Below, one piece after another: positions 27,732 through 36,305 of a DNA stretch of 64,000 nucleotides (its first letter is position 1; every line of letters starts with the position of its first letter). The DNA is from Methanomassiliicoccales archaeon. Lineage in GTDB: Archaea > Thermoplasmatota > Thermoplasmata > Methanomassiliicoccales > JACIVX01. The notes beneath the pieces were generated by a model, which made no database searches, was not told where the DNA came from, and saw only the letters and a program-made list of their open reading frames with translations. The translations under genes and the position numbers were made by a program. Location: the NCBI GenBank assembly GCA_050010535.1, contig JBEKKT010000004.1:46-64045 (forward strand). Direction: 5' to 3'.

Positions 27732-28724
27732 TTGTTACTTCTCATTCCAGTATTGTTGGGAGTATCCTTATTTGTCTTCTCTCTGACGAGAATTGCGGGG
27801 AACCCGGCAGCAGCCTACATAACAGAGAGGATGACACCGGATCAGATCAAAGCAATCGAGGCGCAGTTCCATCTGAACGATCCCGTCTATATACAATACT
27901 TCTACTGGCTCAATGGGATCGTGCATGGGAATTGGGGCTACTCCCCAACAGCGAGTTTGCCTGTAACCGAGGCGATAGCGGTCTATTTTCCAGCTACTTT
28001 CGAACTCACGATGGTGAGCATGATAATCGCGGTTGTTCTTGGCATCGCACTCGGGACTATTTCTGCTGTGAGAAAGGACACGCCTGCTGACCACGCAACG
28101 AGAATTATGGCGCTTTCGGGGGTTTCTCTACCAATATTCTGGTTGGGCCTGATGTTGAAGTTCGTATTTGCGTTCGAACTCCCTTGGCTTCCATTGGGAG
28201 GACGATACGATATCCTTCTCGTCCTCCGACAACCGGCCATTCATCAGTACACAGGATTCTGGTTGATAGACACTTTCTTGAACGGGAATTTCACTCTATT
28301 TAGCGATGGCGTGTGGCACATCATCCTCCCGGCCGTCACTCTTGCCTTCGGCTCCATTGCAATAATAACTAGGATAATGAGGTCCAGCATGCTGGAGGTG
28401 ATGAGTCTGGACTACGTGAGAACTGCCAGATCAAAAGGCCTTCCCGAAAGATTGGTTATAAGGAAACACGCGAGGCGAAACGCGCTGATTCCAACCACGA
28501 CCATAATAGGACTCTCGTTCGGCGGACTCTTGGGGGGAGCTGTGCTCACTGAGACTATATTCGACTGGCCAGGTTTGGGAAGATGGGCAGCATCCGCAAC
28601 ATTGTCGAATGACTGGGCCTCGATTCTTGGGTTCACTTTATTGACAGCTGTCATTTACGTGCTAGTTAATCTTATCGTGGACGTTCTGTACGCATACTTA
28701 GATCCGCGCGTGAGGCTGGAGTGA
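27732..28724 (+). CDS. ABC peptide transporter permease (DppB/OppB-like); true 5' end uncertain
   Basis: LLLIPVLLGVSLFVFSL.. and the EAA-type loop region. In-frame upstream codons encode LKLRTFIIRR, a canonical N-terminus, but with no canonical start. See findings. Confidence 0.85.
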   Translation: MLLLIPVLLGVSLFVFSLTRIAGNPAAAYITERMTPDQIKAIEAQFHLNDPVYIQYFYWLNGIVHGNWGYSPTASLPVTEAIAVYFPATFELTMVSMIIAVVLGIALGTISAVRKDTPADHATRIMALSGVSLPIFWLGLMLKFVFAFELPWLPLGGRYDILLVLRQPAIHQYTGFWLIDTFLNGNFTLFSDGVWHIILPAVTLAFGSIAIITRIMRSSMLEVMSLDYVRTARSKGLPERLVIRKHARRNALIPTTTIIGLSFGGLLGGAVLTETIFDWPGLGRWAASATLSNDWASILGFTLLTAVIYVLVNLIVDVLYAYLDPRVRLE

Positions 28725-28728
28725 TTTG

Positions 28729-29709
28729 ATGGAGAAATCCGAGGCCAAAAGGAAGAAGATGGAGATGCCAGGTTACTCAATTTCAGGCATCAAGAAATCT
28801 CTTGAGCCGAGGATTCGCGAATGGAGATTCTCCCTGTACCTTATGCGGAAGAGTCTCCTGGCATTGGTCGGTCTAGTCATCGTTATTGTGATGGTGTTGA
28901 TAGCGATATTTGCCCCGGTCTTGGCCCCAACATTGCCAGGCCATGACCCTATGCAAATTCCACGAGATTACGATCCGCCCAAGCCACCTGGCGCTGAAGG
29001 ACATTTGCTGGGAACGGGATTTCTTGGCGGGGACATATACTATGGCATCATATGGGGAGCGAGAACGTCTATACAAATAGCAATTTTCGTTGTTGTTTTT
29101 GCGACTGTGGTAGGACTTGTACTCGGCGCAGTGTCGGGATATTTCGGCGGTGCTATCGACGAGGCTCTGATGAGAGTCACCGACGTCTTTCTGTCCGTTC
29201 CTGCGCTCATTCTCTGCATGGCCGTTGCGGCTGTGCTCAGCCGGACTCTTGAGAACATAATGCTCGCGCTCACTATTGTGTGGTGGCCCCCTTATGCGAG
29301 ATTGGTCAGAGGACAGGTGCTATCAATCAGAGAAAGCACTTATGTGGAAGCCGCGAGAGCAGTCGGTGCAAAGAGATCAAGGATACTATTCAGGCACATT
29401 GTGCCAAACTCGCTTTCGCCTATCATTGTCAACATGACGATGGACTTTGGTGTGGTTGTTCTGGTCGCGGCGGGCCTCAGCTACATCGGCTTCGGAGCTC
29501 CCGCGGGCACGGCCGAATGGGGCAAGATGGTGTCGGACGGCCAGGCATACTTCCTCAGCACCGTTCCGTATCCGTATCCGAACGGAACGCCCTACACACC
29601 ATGGTGGATGGTCACGTTCCCAGGGCTGATGATATTCTTATTCGTTATGGGCTTCAACCTGCTTGGTGATGGACTCAGAGATATCTTGGATCCACGTCTT
29701 CGGAGATGA
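28729..29709 (+). CDS. ABC peptide transporter permease (DppC/OppC-like)
   Basis: HLLGTGFLGGDIYYGIIWGARTS..ALMRVTDVFLSVPALIL..YVEAARAVGAKRSRILFRHIVPN. Confidence 0.85.
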   Translation: MEKSEAKRKKMEMPGYSISGIKKSLEPRIREWRFSLYLMRKSLLALVGLVIVIVMVLIAIFAPVLAPTLPGHDPMQIPRDYDPPKPPGAEGHLLGTGFLGGDIYYGIIWGARTSIQIAIFVVVFATVVGLVLGAVSGYFGGAIDEALMRVTDVFLSVPALILCMAVAAVLSRTLENIMLALTIVWWPPYARLVRGQVLSIRESTYVEAARAVGAKRSRILFRHIVPNSLSPIIVNMTMDFGVVVLVAAGLSYIGFGAPAGTAEWGKMVSDGQAYFLSTVPYPYPNGTPYTPWWMVTFPGLMIFLFVMGFNLLGDGLRDILDPRLRR

Positions 29710-29713
29710 CTCG

Positions 29714-31144
29714 ATGGAAAAAAGAGAGACATTGCTGGAAATCGAGAACTTGTACACTAACTTCTACACGTATCAAGGTGTCGTCAAAGCCCTCGACGGA
29801 ATCGATTTCTCGATAATGAAGGGCGAGACTTTCGGCCTTGTCGGAGAGACTGGCTGCGGAAAGAGTGTTACCGCGAACTGCATCCTCCGCCTTATTCCAT
29901 CTCCACCGGGAAAAATCGAGAAGGGCAGGATCTACTTCATGATGCCGGAGAAAGAAAGAGAAAGGCGAAAGGAGCTTAGAAAGAAGATTCAAGAATTGAA
30001 GGCAAACTCGGCCGAGGACGGTAGGTCAGCGGAGATCAGCAACCTAGAGAAGGAGCTGTCAAAGAACGTCAGGGAATGGGATCTTCTTTCAAAGAGCGCA
30101 ACTTACATGCAGAAAATCCGCGGCAAGTACATATCGATGATCTTTCAGGAGCCTATGAGCGCTTTGAATCCAGTTTTCACGTCGGGCGATCAGGTCGCCG
30201 AGACTCTTCTCTTACATGAACGGAAAGACCTTGCGAAGGCCGTGATAAAAACTATCGATACGAGAATCGGCCAGATTGACACATACAAGAGAGCGAAGCT
30301 GAAGTCGGTGGACTCCGGCGGTTATGTGTGCTCTAATTGCGGTCAAACGGATCTCTTGGTCGGCATTGAGAGATGTCCGAACTGTGGGTCTAGCTTTGTA
30401 GCCCGACCATTCAGAGGCTTGGAGCGGCCTAGACTGAGATTTAGCAGGCGATTTTATGCAAGGATGGAGAAGGACCCCAACGCACTTTCGCTGAGGATAT
30501 CCTCGAGAATTCCGCTATTGAGAAGGTATGAGAGGTTTGTAAAAGATGAGGCCTTAGATCGGGCGAGGGACTTGCTAAAAACCGTCAGAATTCCTGATCC
30601 GGACAATGTCGTTCGGTCCTTCCCCTACGAACTCAGTGGTGGGATGCAACAGAGAGTGATGATCGCGATGGCACTCGCTTGCAAGCCACAACTTTTGATT
30701 GCTGACGAACCAACGACAGCGCTGGACGTGACTATTCAAGCGCAAATTCTTAAGATCATAAAAGAACTCCAACTGGAAACTGGTACATCGGTCCTTTTGA
30801 TCACACACAACTTGGGAGTCGTGGCGGAAACCTGTGACAGGGTCGGCGTTATGTACGCTGGCGTGATGGCGGAGATAGGTCTAGTCCATGACATATTCAA
30901 GGAGCCCCTCCATCCGTACACGCAAGGGCTCATGAACTCCGTCCCGAGACTACTCGCAGGGGGGGCCACCAGACTGGAGACAATCCCAGGGAGTGTGCCA
31001 AACCTTATCCGCCCACCGCCAGGGTGCAGATTCCACCCTCGATGCCCCTATGCGATGACCATATGCAGAGAGACGAAACCTCCAATGATCGAGGTCGAGC
31101 CAGGGCACTTCACAAGTTGTTATCTCTACACGGAGGCAGGCTGA
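29714..31144 (+). CDS. ABC peptide transporter ATPase (DppD/OppD-like) with large insertions including a Zn-ribbon
   Basis: Walker A GETGCGKS, signature LSGGMQQR, Walker B LLIADEPTTALD, and a C-terminal Cys motif GCRFHPRCPYAMTIC..C. About 150 extra aa lie between Walker A and the signature, including CSNCG..x..CPNCG. Confidence 0.85.
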   Translation: MEKRETLLEIENLYTNFYTYQGVVKALDGIDFSIMKGETFGLVGETGCGKSVTANCILRLIPSPPGKIEKGRIYFMMPEKERERRKELRKKIQELKANSAEDGRSAEISNLEKELSKNVREWDLLSKSATYMQKIRGKYISMIFQEPMSALNPVFTSGDQVAETLLLHERKDLAKAVIKTIDTRIGQIDTYKRAKLKSVDSGGYVCSNCGQTDLLVGIERCPNCGSSFVARPFRGLERPRLRFSRRFYARMEKDPNALSLRISSRIPLLRRYERFVKDEALDRARDLLKTVRIPDPDNVVRSFPYELSGGMQQRVMIAMALACKPQLLIADEPTTALDVTIQAQILKIIKELQLETGTSVLLITHNLGVVAETCDRVGVMYAGVMAEIGLVHDIFKEPLHPYTQGLMNSVPRLLAGGATRLETIPGSVPNLIRPPPGCRFHPRCPYAMTICRETKPPMIEVEPGHFTSCYLYTEAG

Positions 31145-32229
31145 TGGAGGGTACACTAGTCGAGGCGAGGGGGCTCAAGAAGCACTTTCCGATAAGGGGA
31201 GGGCTTCTTAAGAGGCAACTGGCTAGCGTGAAGGCTGTTGACGGCGTGGATTTCTACATCAAGAAGGGGGAGACGCTCGGCCTTGTTGGAGAAAGCGGTT
31301 GCGGAAAAACAACTGTGGGAAGATGTTTGCTTATGCTCACTCAGCCGACTGGTGGTCACGTATATTACAAGATGCCCATAGAGGCAAGGAAGGAACTCGA
31401 TCAGTTAGAACAAACTCTTAGAGATGCAAACAAGGCCCAGAGAAAGGAGGAAATCGAGAAGACTGAATCGGAACTCGAGGAGTTCTTCGACAAATATGCT
31501 TTGGATAGAAGGGCCGATGACGAACTGCGCAATCTACGCCGGGAGATGCAAGTAGTGTTCCAGGACCCATTCTCTTCTCTGAATCCGAGGATGCTGATCA
31601 GGGACGTCGTCGGGGAGCCGCTCCTAATCCATGGCATAGCGAAGGGCGAGGAACTAAGGAACAGAGTAATATCGTTGCTAGAGAAGGTGGGCTTGAACCC
31701 CGAGCATCTCTATAGGTACCCGCACGAATTCAGCGGAGGACAGCGGCAGAGGATCGGCGTGGCTCGCGCCCTCGCCCTGAATCCTGACTTCATCGTCTTG
31801 GACGAACCGACGTCTGCCCTCGACGTATCCGTTCAGGCACAGATCCTTAATATGCTGAACGATCTCCAAGGGGAACTGAATCTCACATATCTGTTCATCT
31901 CTCATGATCTCAGCACGATACGTTACATGTGCGATCGAGTCAACGTCATGTACCTAGGGAAGGTTGTAGAATCGGCGCGGAAGGACGATCTGTTCCGAAA
32001 ACCATTGCATCCATACACTGAAGCTCTCTTGTCCGTGATACCAGTGCCAGACCCTGACCTGCGAAGGGATAGAATCGTGCTTGCTGGGGAGATACCCAGC
32101 CCGGCCAATCCACCCTCAGGATGCCGATTCCACACACGGTGCAGGTACAGGCAAGCGATTTGCGAGGAGAAGGAACCTGAGCTTGTCGACAAAGGTGGGG
32201 AGCACTCTGTCGCATGTCACTTCCGCTAG
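31144..32229 (+). CDS. ABC peptide transporter ATPase (DppF/OppF-like)
   Basis: Walker A GESGCGKT, FSGGQRQR, FIVLDEPTSALD, C-terminal GCRFHTRCRYRQAIC. The ATG overlaps the upstream TGA. Contains a coiled-coil-like insert (ARKELDQLEQTLRDANKAQRKEEIEKTESELEEF). Confidence 0.85.
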   Translation: MEGTLVEARGLKKHFPIRGGLLKRQLASVKAVDGVDFYIKKGETLGLVGESGCGKTTVGRCLLMLTQPTGGHVYYKMPIEARKELDQLEQTLRDANKAQRKEEIEKTESELEEFFDKYALDRRADDELRNLRREMQVVFQDPFSSLNPRMLIRDVVGEPLLIHGIAKGEELRNRVISLLEKVGLNPEHLYRYPHEFSGGQRQRIGVARALALNPDFIVLDEPTSALDVSVQAQILNMLNDLQGELNLTYLFISHDLSTIRYMCDRVNVMYLGKVVESARKDDLFRKPLHPYTEALLSVIPVPDPDLRRDRIVLAGEIPSPANPPSGCRFHTRCRYRQAICEEKEPELVDKGGEHSVACHFR

Positions 32230-32243
32230 GCGCGGAGTGTTCC

Positions 32244-32558
32244 ATGGCTAAGAAACGCAAGATCGAAGTCGAGAAAGGAAATTCGTCGGATTCGTCCTCC
32301 GTAGATCACAAGGATGATCTCGCCGAGAAATACGAGGACGTTTCATGGGGAGTCTGGGCCAGGAGAACGTATCTGAAGTACTGGTACGTTGTTGGATGCG
32401 TCTTCGTTGATCTCCTTGTCGCGCTCGAGATTGCGAGAGTCGGCCCCAAAACTTGGTCGGCGTCACTTTCCGTTTTCGTTCTTATCGTTTTGCTGGTGAT
32501 TGAGATTCTATTTTACTCGTTCATATGGAAAGATCTGAGGCTACCCTGGCGCAAGTAA
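32244..32558 (+). CDS. Hypothetical small membrane protein
   Basis: Charged N-terminus (MAKKRKIEVEKG..) followed by two TM helices. No family recognised. Confidence 0.4.
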   Translation: MAKKRKIEVEKGNSSDSSSVDHKDDLAEKYEDVSWGVWARRTYLKYWYVVGCVFVDLLVALEIARVGPKTWSASLSVFVLIVLLVIEILFYSFIWKDLRLPWRK

Positions 32559-32594
32559 TAGTTTTTTATAGCGGACCGGAGTAACTTTGAAACA

Positions 32595-33287
32595 ATGGCG
32601 AACAACATCGCTATGCTCATTGCGGTCACTTTCGCTCTAATTCTGCTCTTCATGTTTCTTTATATCCAGCGTCTCCTCAGTAACTCAGTCATGGACATGT
32701 GGGAATCGGAGTCGCTTGAAGCACCTTATGTTTACGCGGCGGGGCTCGTTCTCGGGGCGATAGTCCTGTCGCTTTTCAGTCTAAGGATCATTGAGGATCC
32801 ATTGGTAGTCAGCATAAACATCACTGGTTTCCTCGTACCTATCTCAGTAGCGATCTACATCGTGATGTTTAGAAAAGTTACGGCTCTTGCCGCATTGAGT
32901 TCAATCGTCTTCGTCGCTGCAGTTGCATTCCTCGTAACGAACGTGACTTCGGGCGCAATCGTGATTGAGTTTCCGTGGTGGCTCGGTCCCGTTGCTGTCG
33001 CGGCGATCTGCGGCTATTATGGGGCCAAGGATGATAATCCACTCAGCTCCGCTGCATTGGCCTATCTTGGGGCAAGCATGGGCGTGCTTGTGGGAGGTGA
33101 CCTTGCGAAAATCCCGGAGTTCGTTGCGAGGGGTGGCGACTACCTTGTTCTGGGCGGGGGTGGCATGCTGGATTTCGTGTTTCTGCTCGGGGTTTTTGCG
33201 GTCGCAGCCCTCTGGGGAACGCGATGGGCTGTAGATTATATCAGAAGGAGATTGCCGGGACGGTCAGAATTGGCTGAGCAAGGATGA
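32595..33287 (+). CDS. Polytopic membrane protein, DUF1614-like
   Basis: 230 aa with about 6 hydrophobic helices. The INITGFLVPISVAIYIV segment resembles what I recall of DUF1614. Tentative assignment. Confidence 0.4.
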   Translation: MANNIAMLIAVTFALILLFMFLYIQRLLSNSVMDMWESESLEAPYVYAAGLVLGAIVLSLFSLRIIEDPLVVSINITGFLVPISVAIYIVMFRKVTALAALSSIVFVAAVAFLVTNVTSGAIVIEFPWWLGPVAVAAICGYYGAKDDNPLSSAALAYLGASMGVLVGGDLAKIPEFVARGGDYLVLGGGGMLDFVFLLGVFAVAALWGTRWAVDYIRRRLPGRSELAEQG

Positions 33288-33368
33288 GGTGTGTTGTGCT
33301 TACCACCCAATACGTATTTGACCCTGAAATGCAATGCGGGGTTCGGGGAACAGTTGACCGTTGTCAGC

Positions 33369-33731
33369 ATGGACGACGTCGTAATGGCGTTGAGGAACAC
33401 CTTGGGGAAGAAGGGGATGGCGGACAGCGACATCAAGAGACTCGCAGAGTACTTGATGAGCTTCTTCGGCTACACCAGCGAGGTCATCGACAATAGGCTC
33501 ACTTCCGAAGACCGAGACGTCTTCTACATGCTGGAGGAAGAGGGGTTGCTGACCACGACCCAGGAAGAGGTCCACCTCAAGAAAGGCAAGCTGTGGAGGA
33601 TTCACTACTGGATCCTCAAGAACGACCAGATCTTGCGACTCGCGCGGCAGAGCGAGCAGGCTCAGAAGCACACGGACGACAGCTCTGCGATATACGACGA
33701 GATCTCTGAAGAGGTCTGGAACAGAGAGTGA
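33369..33731 (+). CDS. Conserved hypothetical protein (paralog of 3308..3700)
   Basis: LMSFFGYTSEVIDNRLTSEDRDVFYMLEEEGLL..GKLWRIHYWILKN..IYDEISEEVWNRE aligns with the 3308..3700 product. Start chosen at ATG 33369; the listed 33291 is an alternative. Confidence 0.6.
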   Translation: MDDVVMALRNTLGKKGMADSDIKRLAEYLMSFFGYTSEVIDNRLTSEDRDVFYMLEEEGLLTTTQEEVHLKKGKLWRIHYWILKNDQILRLARQSEQAQKHTDDSSAIYDEISEEVWNRE

Positions 33732-33807
33732 CCCTCGGGACCGCTCCAATGGCGCCATCGTGAATGCTTTAATAGTCCTTTTCTATTAGTCTGCCCAGAG
33801 GAACCCG

Positions 33808-35415
33808 ATGAACCCTTATCTGATCGCTATTATAGTGATAGCCGCCTACATCGTAATTGCGTACGTCCTGAAAAAGAAGGGTGTCCTCGAGAAACATGGC
33901 ATCCACATGTGGGGTCCAGTCCTCATGTGGAGGACCCAAAGAGGCAAGGATTTCATAGAGCGCCTGTCCAGGCCGAAGGGATTCTGGAGGGCTTACTCGG
34001 TCGCGGCCAAAGTCATCTGTGTTGGAGTGATGATATTCATAATGGCCCTGCTGGTATGGGAAGCGACCCTCGTCACCAGAATTCCGGCAGAGAAGGCCCC
34101 CAGCCCTGAGATGATGCTTGGCATTCCCGGCCTCAACCCGATTATACCGATCTGGTACGGCATCCTCGGTCTTGTGGTCGCCATCATTGTTCACGAGTTC
34201 TCGCACGGGATCATGACGAGAGTCGGCGGGATGTCATTGAAATCCCTAGGGCTCGTCTTCCTTATCATCCCGCTCGGGGCTTTCGTCGAGCCAGACGATC
34301 GGGAGCTCGCAAGAACTGAGAAGAATAAGAGGACGAGCGTCTATGCGGCCGGACCAGCGGCGAACGTGATTGTAGCGATCATCTGTGCAATTCTCTTCTC
34401 CTCTGTGTTGCTTTCGTCAGTTGCTCCTGTGAGGGACGGACAGGTCGTTCTGAGCGTTGCGGCGGACGGGCCGACTGACCATGCGGGATTGTCTTTTGGC
34501 TCGCAGATAATGAGTATCGACGGACGGAGCATACTGACCACAGACGAATTCGAGAACTTCACTGCACCTTTGCCGGGGGAGAATGTGACTGTCGAGTACT
34601 ACTACTCGAACACGCTCCATTCGAAGGAAGTCGCCTCCGGCGTCGCAGTGACGCAAACGTCATCGGGCCTTCCCGCCGCGGATGCCGGCATTGAGGTCGG
34701 AATGATCATAGCGTCCCTGAACGACACCACAATTCGCAACGAATCGGACCTGAAGGAGGCCTTGTCGCTCACTCATCCCGATCAGACCATTAACATCACT
34801 CTGTTGACCTACTATGATGGCTCAGGGAAGTTCGAGGTCTTTAGCGACTTGACCACGATAACGCTCGCTAGCAAGAGGGAGTACTATTTGAAAGTCGCTC
34901 CTGAGCTCGTGGGTCCGGACTTCAAGGACACTGGGTACCTCGGCATCAATACCGCCTACCTCGGTGCCTCGGTCAACTCACCCGAAGTTGTCATCAGAAG
35001 GCTTGCCCACCCGATGTACGGCGTTGAAAACGCCGGAGATGTGATTTCGTCCACGCTATATTATCTGGCGCTTCCGTTCGCGGGTTTGGCCCCAATGCAG
35101 TCCCCGGTCACTGACCTCTTCGCACCCACTGGTGTATTTGCTGGCTTTCCGACCGACGTTTTCTGGGTGCTATCGAACTGTTTGTACTGGATATTCTGGA
35201 TAAACATAATGGTCGGGTTGACGAACGTGCTACCGGCGGTGCCGCTCGACGGAGGATACCTATTCAAGGACTGGCTCGATTCCTTGGTGCTTAAAGTGAA
35301 GAAGGACGCGACCGAGAAGGATCGAGAGAAGTATGTCGCGGCGATCACCTACGCTCTTGCGCTGACAGTCTTGTTTCTAATAGTCTGGCAACTGATTGGA
35401 CCTAGGTTCTTCTGA
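33808..35415 (+). CDS. Site-2 protease family (peptidase M50) membrane metalloprotease with PDZ-like insert
   Basis: HEFSHGIMTRV (HExxH) in a TM context. A central soluble region has PDZ-like segments (GLSFGSQIMSIDG; GIEVGMIIASLND). The C-terminal NVLPAVPLDGG motif is present. Confidence 0.8.
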   Translation: MNPYLIAIIVIAAYIVIAYVLKKKGVLEKHGIHMWGPVLMWRTQRGKDFIERLSRPKGFWRAYSVAAKVICVGVMIFIMALLVWEATLVTRIPAEKAPSPEMMLGIPGLNPIIPIWYGILGLVVAIIVHEFSHGIMTRVGGMSLKSLGLVFLIIPLGAFVEPDDRELARTEKNKRTSVYAAGPAANVIVAIICAILFSSVLLSSVAPVRDGQVVLSVAADGPTDHAGLSFGSQIMSIDGRSILTTDEFENFTAPLPGENVTVEYYYSNTLHSKEVASGVAVTQTSSGLPAADAGIEVGMIIASLNDTTIRNESDLKEALSLTHPDQTINITLLTYYDGSGKFEVFSDLTTITLASKREYYLKVAPELVGPDFKDTGYLGINTAYLGASVNSPEVVIRRLAHPMYGVENAGDVISSTLYYLALPFAGLAPMQSPVTDLFAPTGVFAGFPTDVFWVLSNCLYWIFWINIMVGLTNVLPAVPLDGGYLFKDWLDSLVLKVKKDATEKDREKYVAAITYALALTVLFLIVWQLIGPRFF

Positions 35416-35436
35416 GATATCGGATTAGGACGAGGT

Positions 35437-35688
35437 TCACTTGCTGCGCAGGATCTCATTACACGCGGGACAGACCTCGAAATTGAGCGAATTGATGGAA
35501 GAGCAAACGTCGAACGTCTGCCCGCACGATCTGCACTTCCTAAGCGCCAAGAAAGATGACCTGAAGTCCCTGCATTGAACGACCCTTTCGGACCTCTCGA
35601 CCAGGCAGACATCGGCTACGCAGTTGTCGCAAAGGCTCCTTCTGCTGAGGTTTATGACAAGATGCTCACCGACCTTGACTCTTGTCAT
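35437..35688 (-). CDS. Hypothetical cysteine-rich Zn-finger protein
   Basis: 83 aa with CDNC..C, CRSCG and CPAC pairs. No family recognised. Confidence 0.4.
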   Translation of the reverse strand: MTRVKVGEHLVINLSRRSLCDNCVADVCLVERSERVVQCRDFRSSFLALRKCRSCGQTFDVCSSINSLNFEVCPACNEILRSK

Positions 35689-35987
35689 TTCGCTCCTTCC
35701 GCGCAGATCATATACTAACTAGCAAATCAGTCGCCCCACTAGTATTTGAATGTTGTCCGTCGTTTTCCATAGATCGACACCAGTCCGATCAGTCGAACTA
35801 GAGATCACTAGGAATCAATATTCAGTGACAAGCGAGCATATTCCTGATAATAGCCGATTGCAGTCGATTCCGTCAGAACAAGATTGAAGAGTTGCTCGTG
35901 AGGATGGTAAGAGCATCTTCTGCTCAAGAAAGGCCAAATGTCCACAACGTCTCGCTCAAGAAGCTCTCGGACAGAGAACATGCCTAG

Positions 35988-36236
35988 GTGTTGTTCATAG
36001 GGCTGAAACCGGGAGAGGGGTTCAAGAGTCACATCACGCCGGTCGATGTGTTCTTCTTCGTACTGGATGGTTCGCGGATCGTGGAGATCGGAAGGGAGAA
36101 GAAGAAGGTCGGCAAGGAGACGCTGATCGAGAGTCCGGCGGGCATTCCTCGCCGCCTGTTCAACGACCGCAAGGAGCCATTCAAGTTCCTTGTCGTCAAG
36201 ATCCCGAGACAGAGGGAGAACACGAGAGTATTGTGA
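35988..36236 (+). CDS. Cupin-domain protein (possibly 5'-extended to 35904 across an in-frame TAG)
   Basis: GLKPGEGFKSHITPVDVFFFVLDGSRIVEIG..ESPAGIPRRL is a cupin_2-like core. The GTG start sits immediately after TAG 35985-35987. Confidence 0.6.
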   Translation: MLFIGLKPGEGFKSHITPVDVFFFVLDGSRIVEIGREKKKVGKETLIESPAGIPRRLFNDRKEPFKFLVVKIPRQRENTRVL

Positions 36237-36305
36237 ACGAGCTAGGAAGGACGGACTGACCGAAAGAATAGAGAAAGAGAAGACATTTACGGGGAGGCCA
36301 GATAA

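Noticed and set aside
35808-36032. A minus-strand 74-aa ORF overlapping the cupin 5' region.
   Set aside because: It is antisense to the cupin core and to its plausible N-terminal extension, and it has no motif support.
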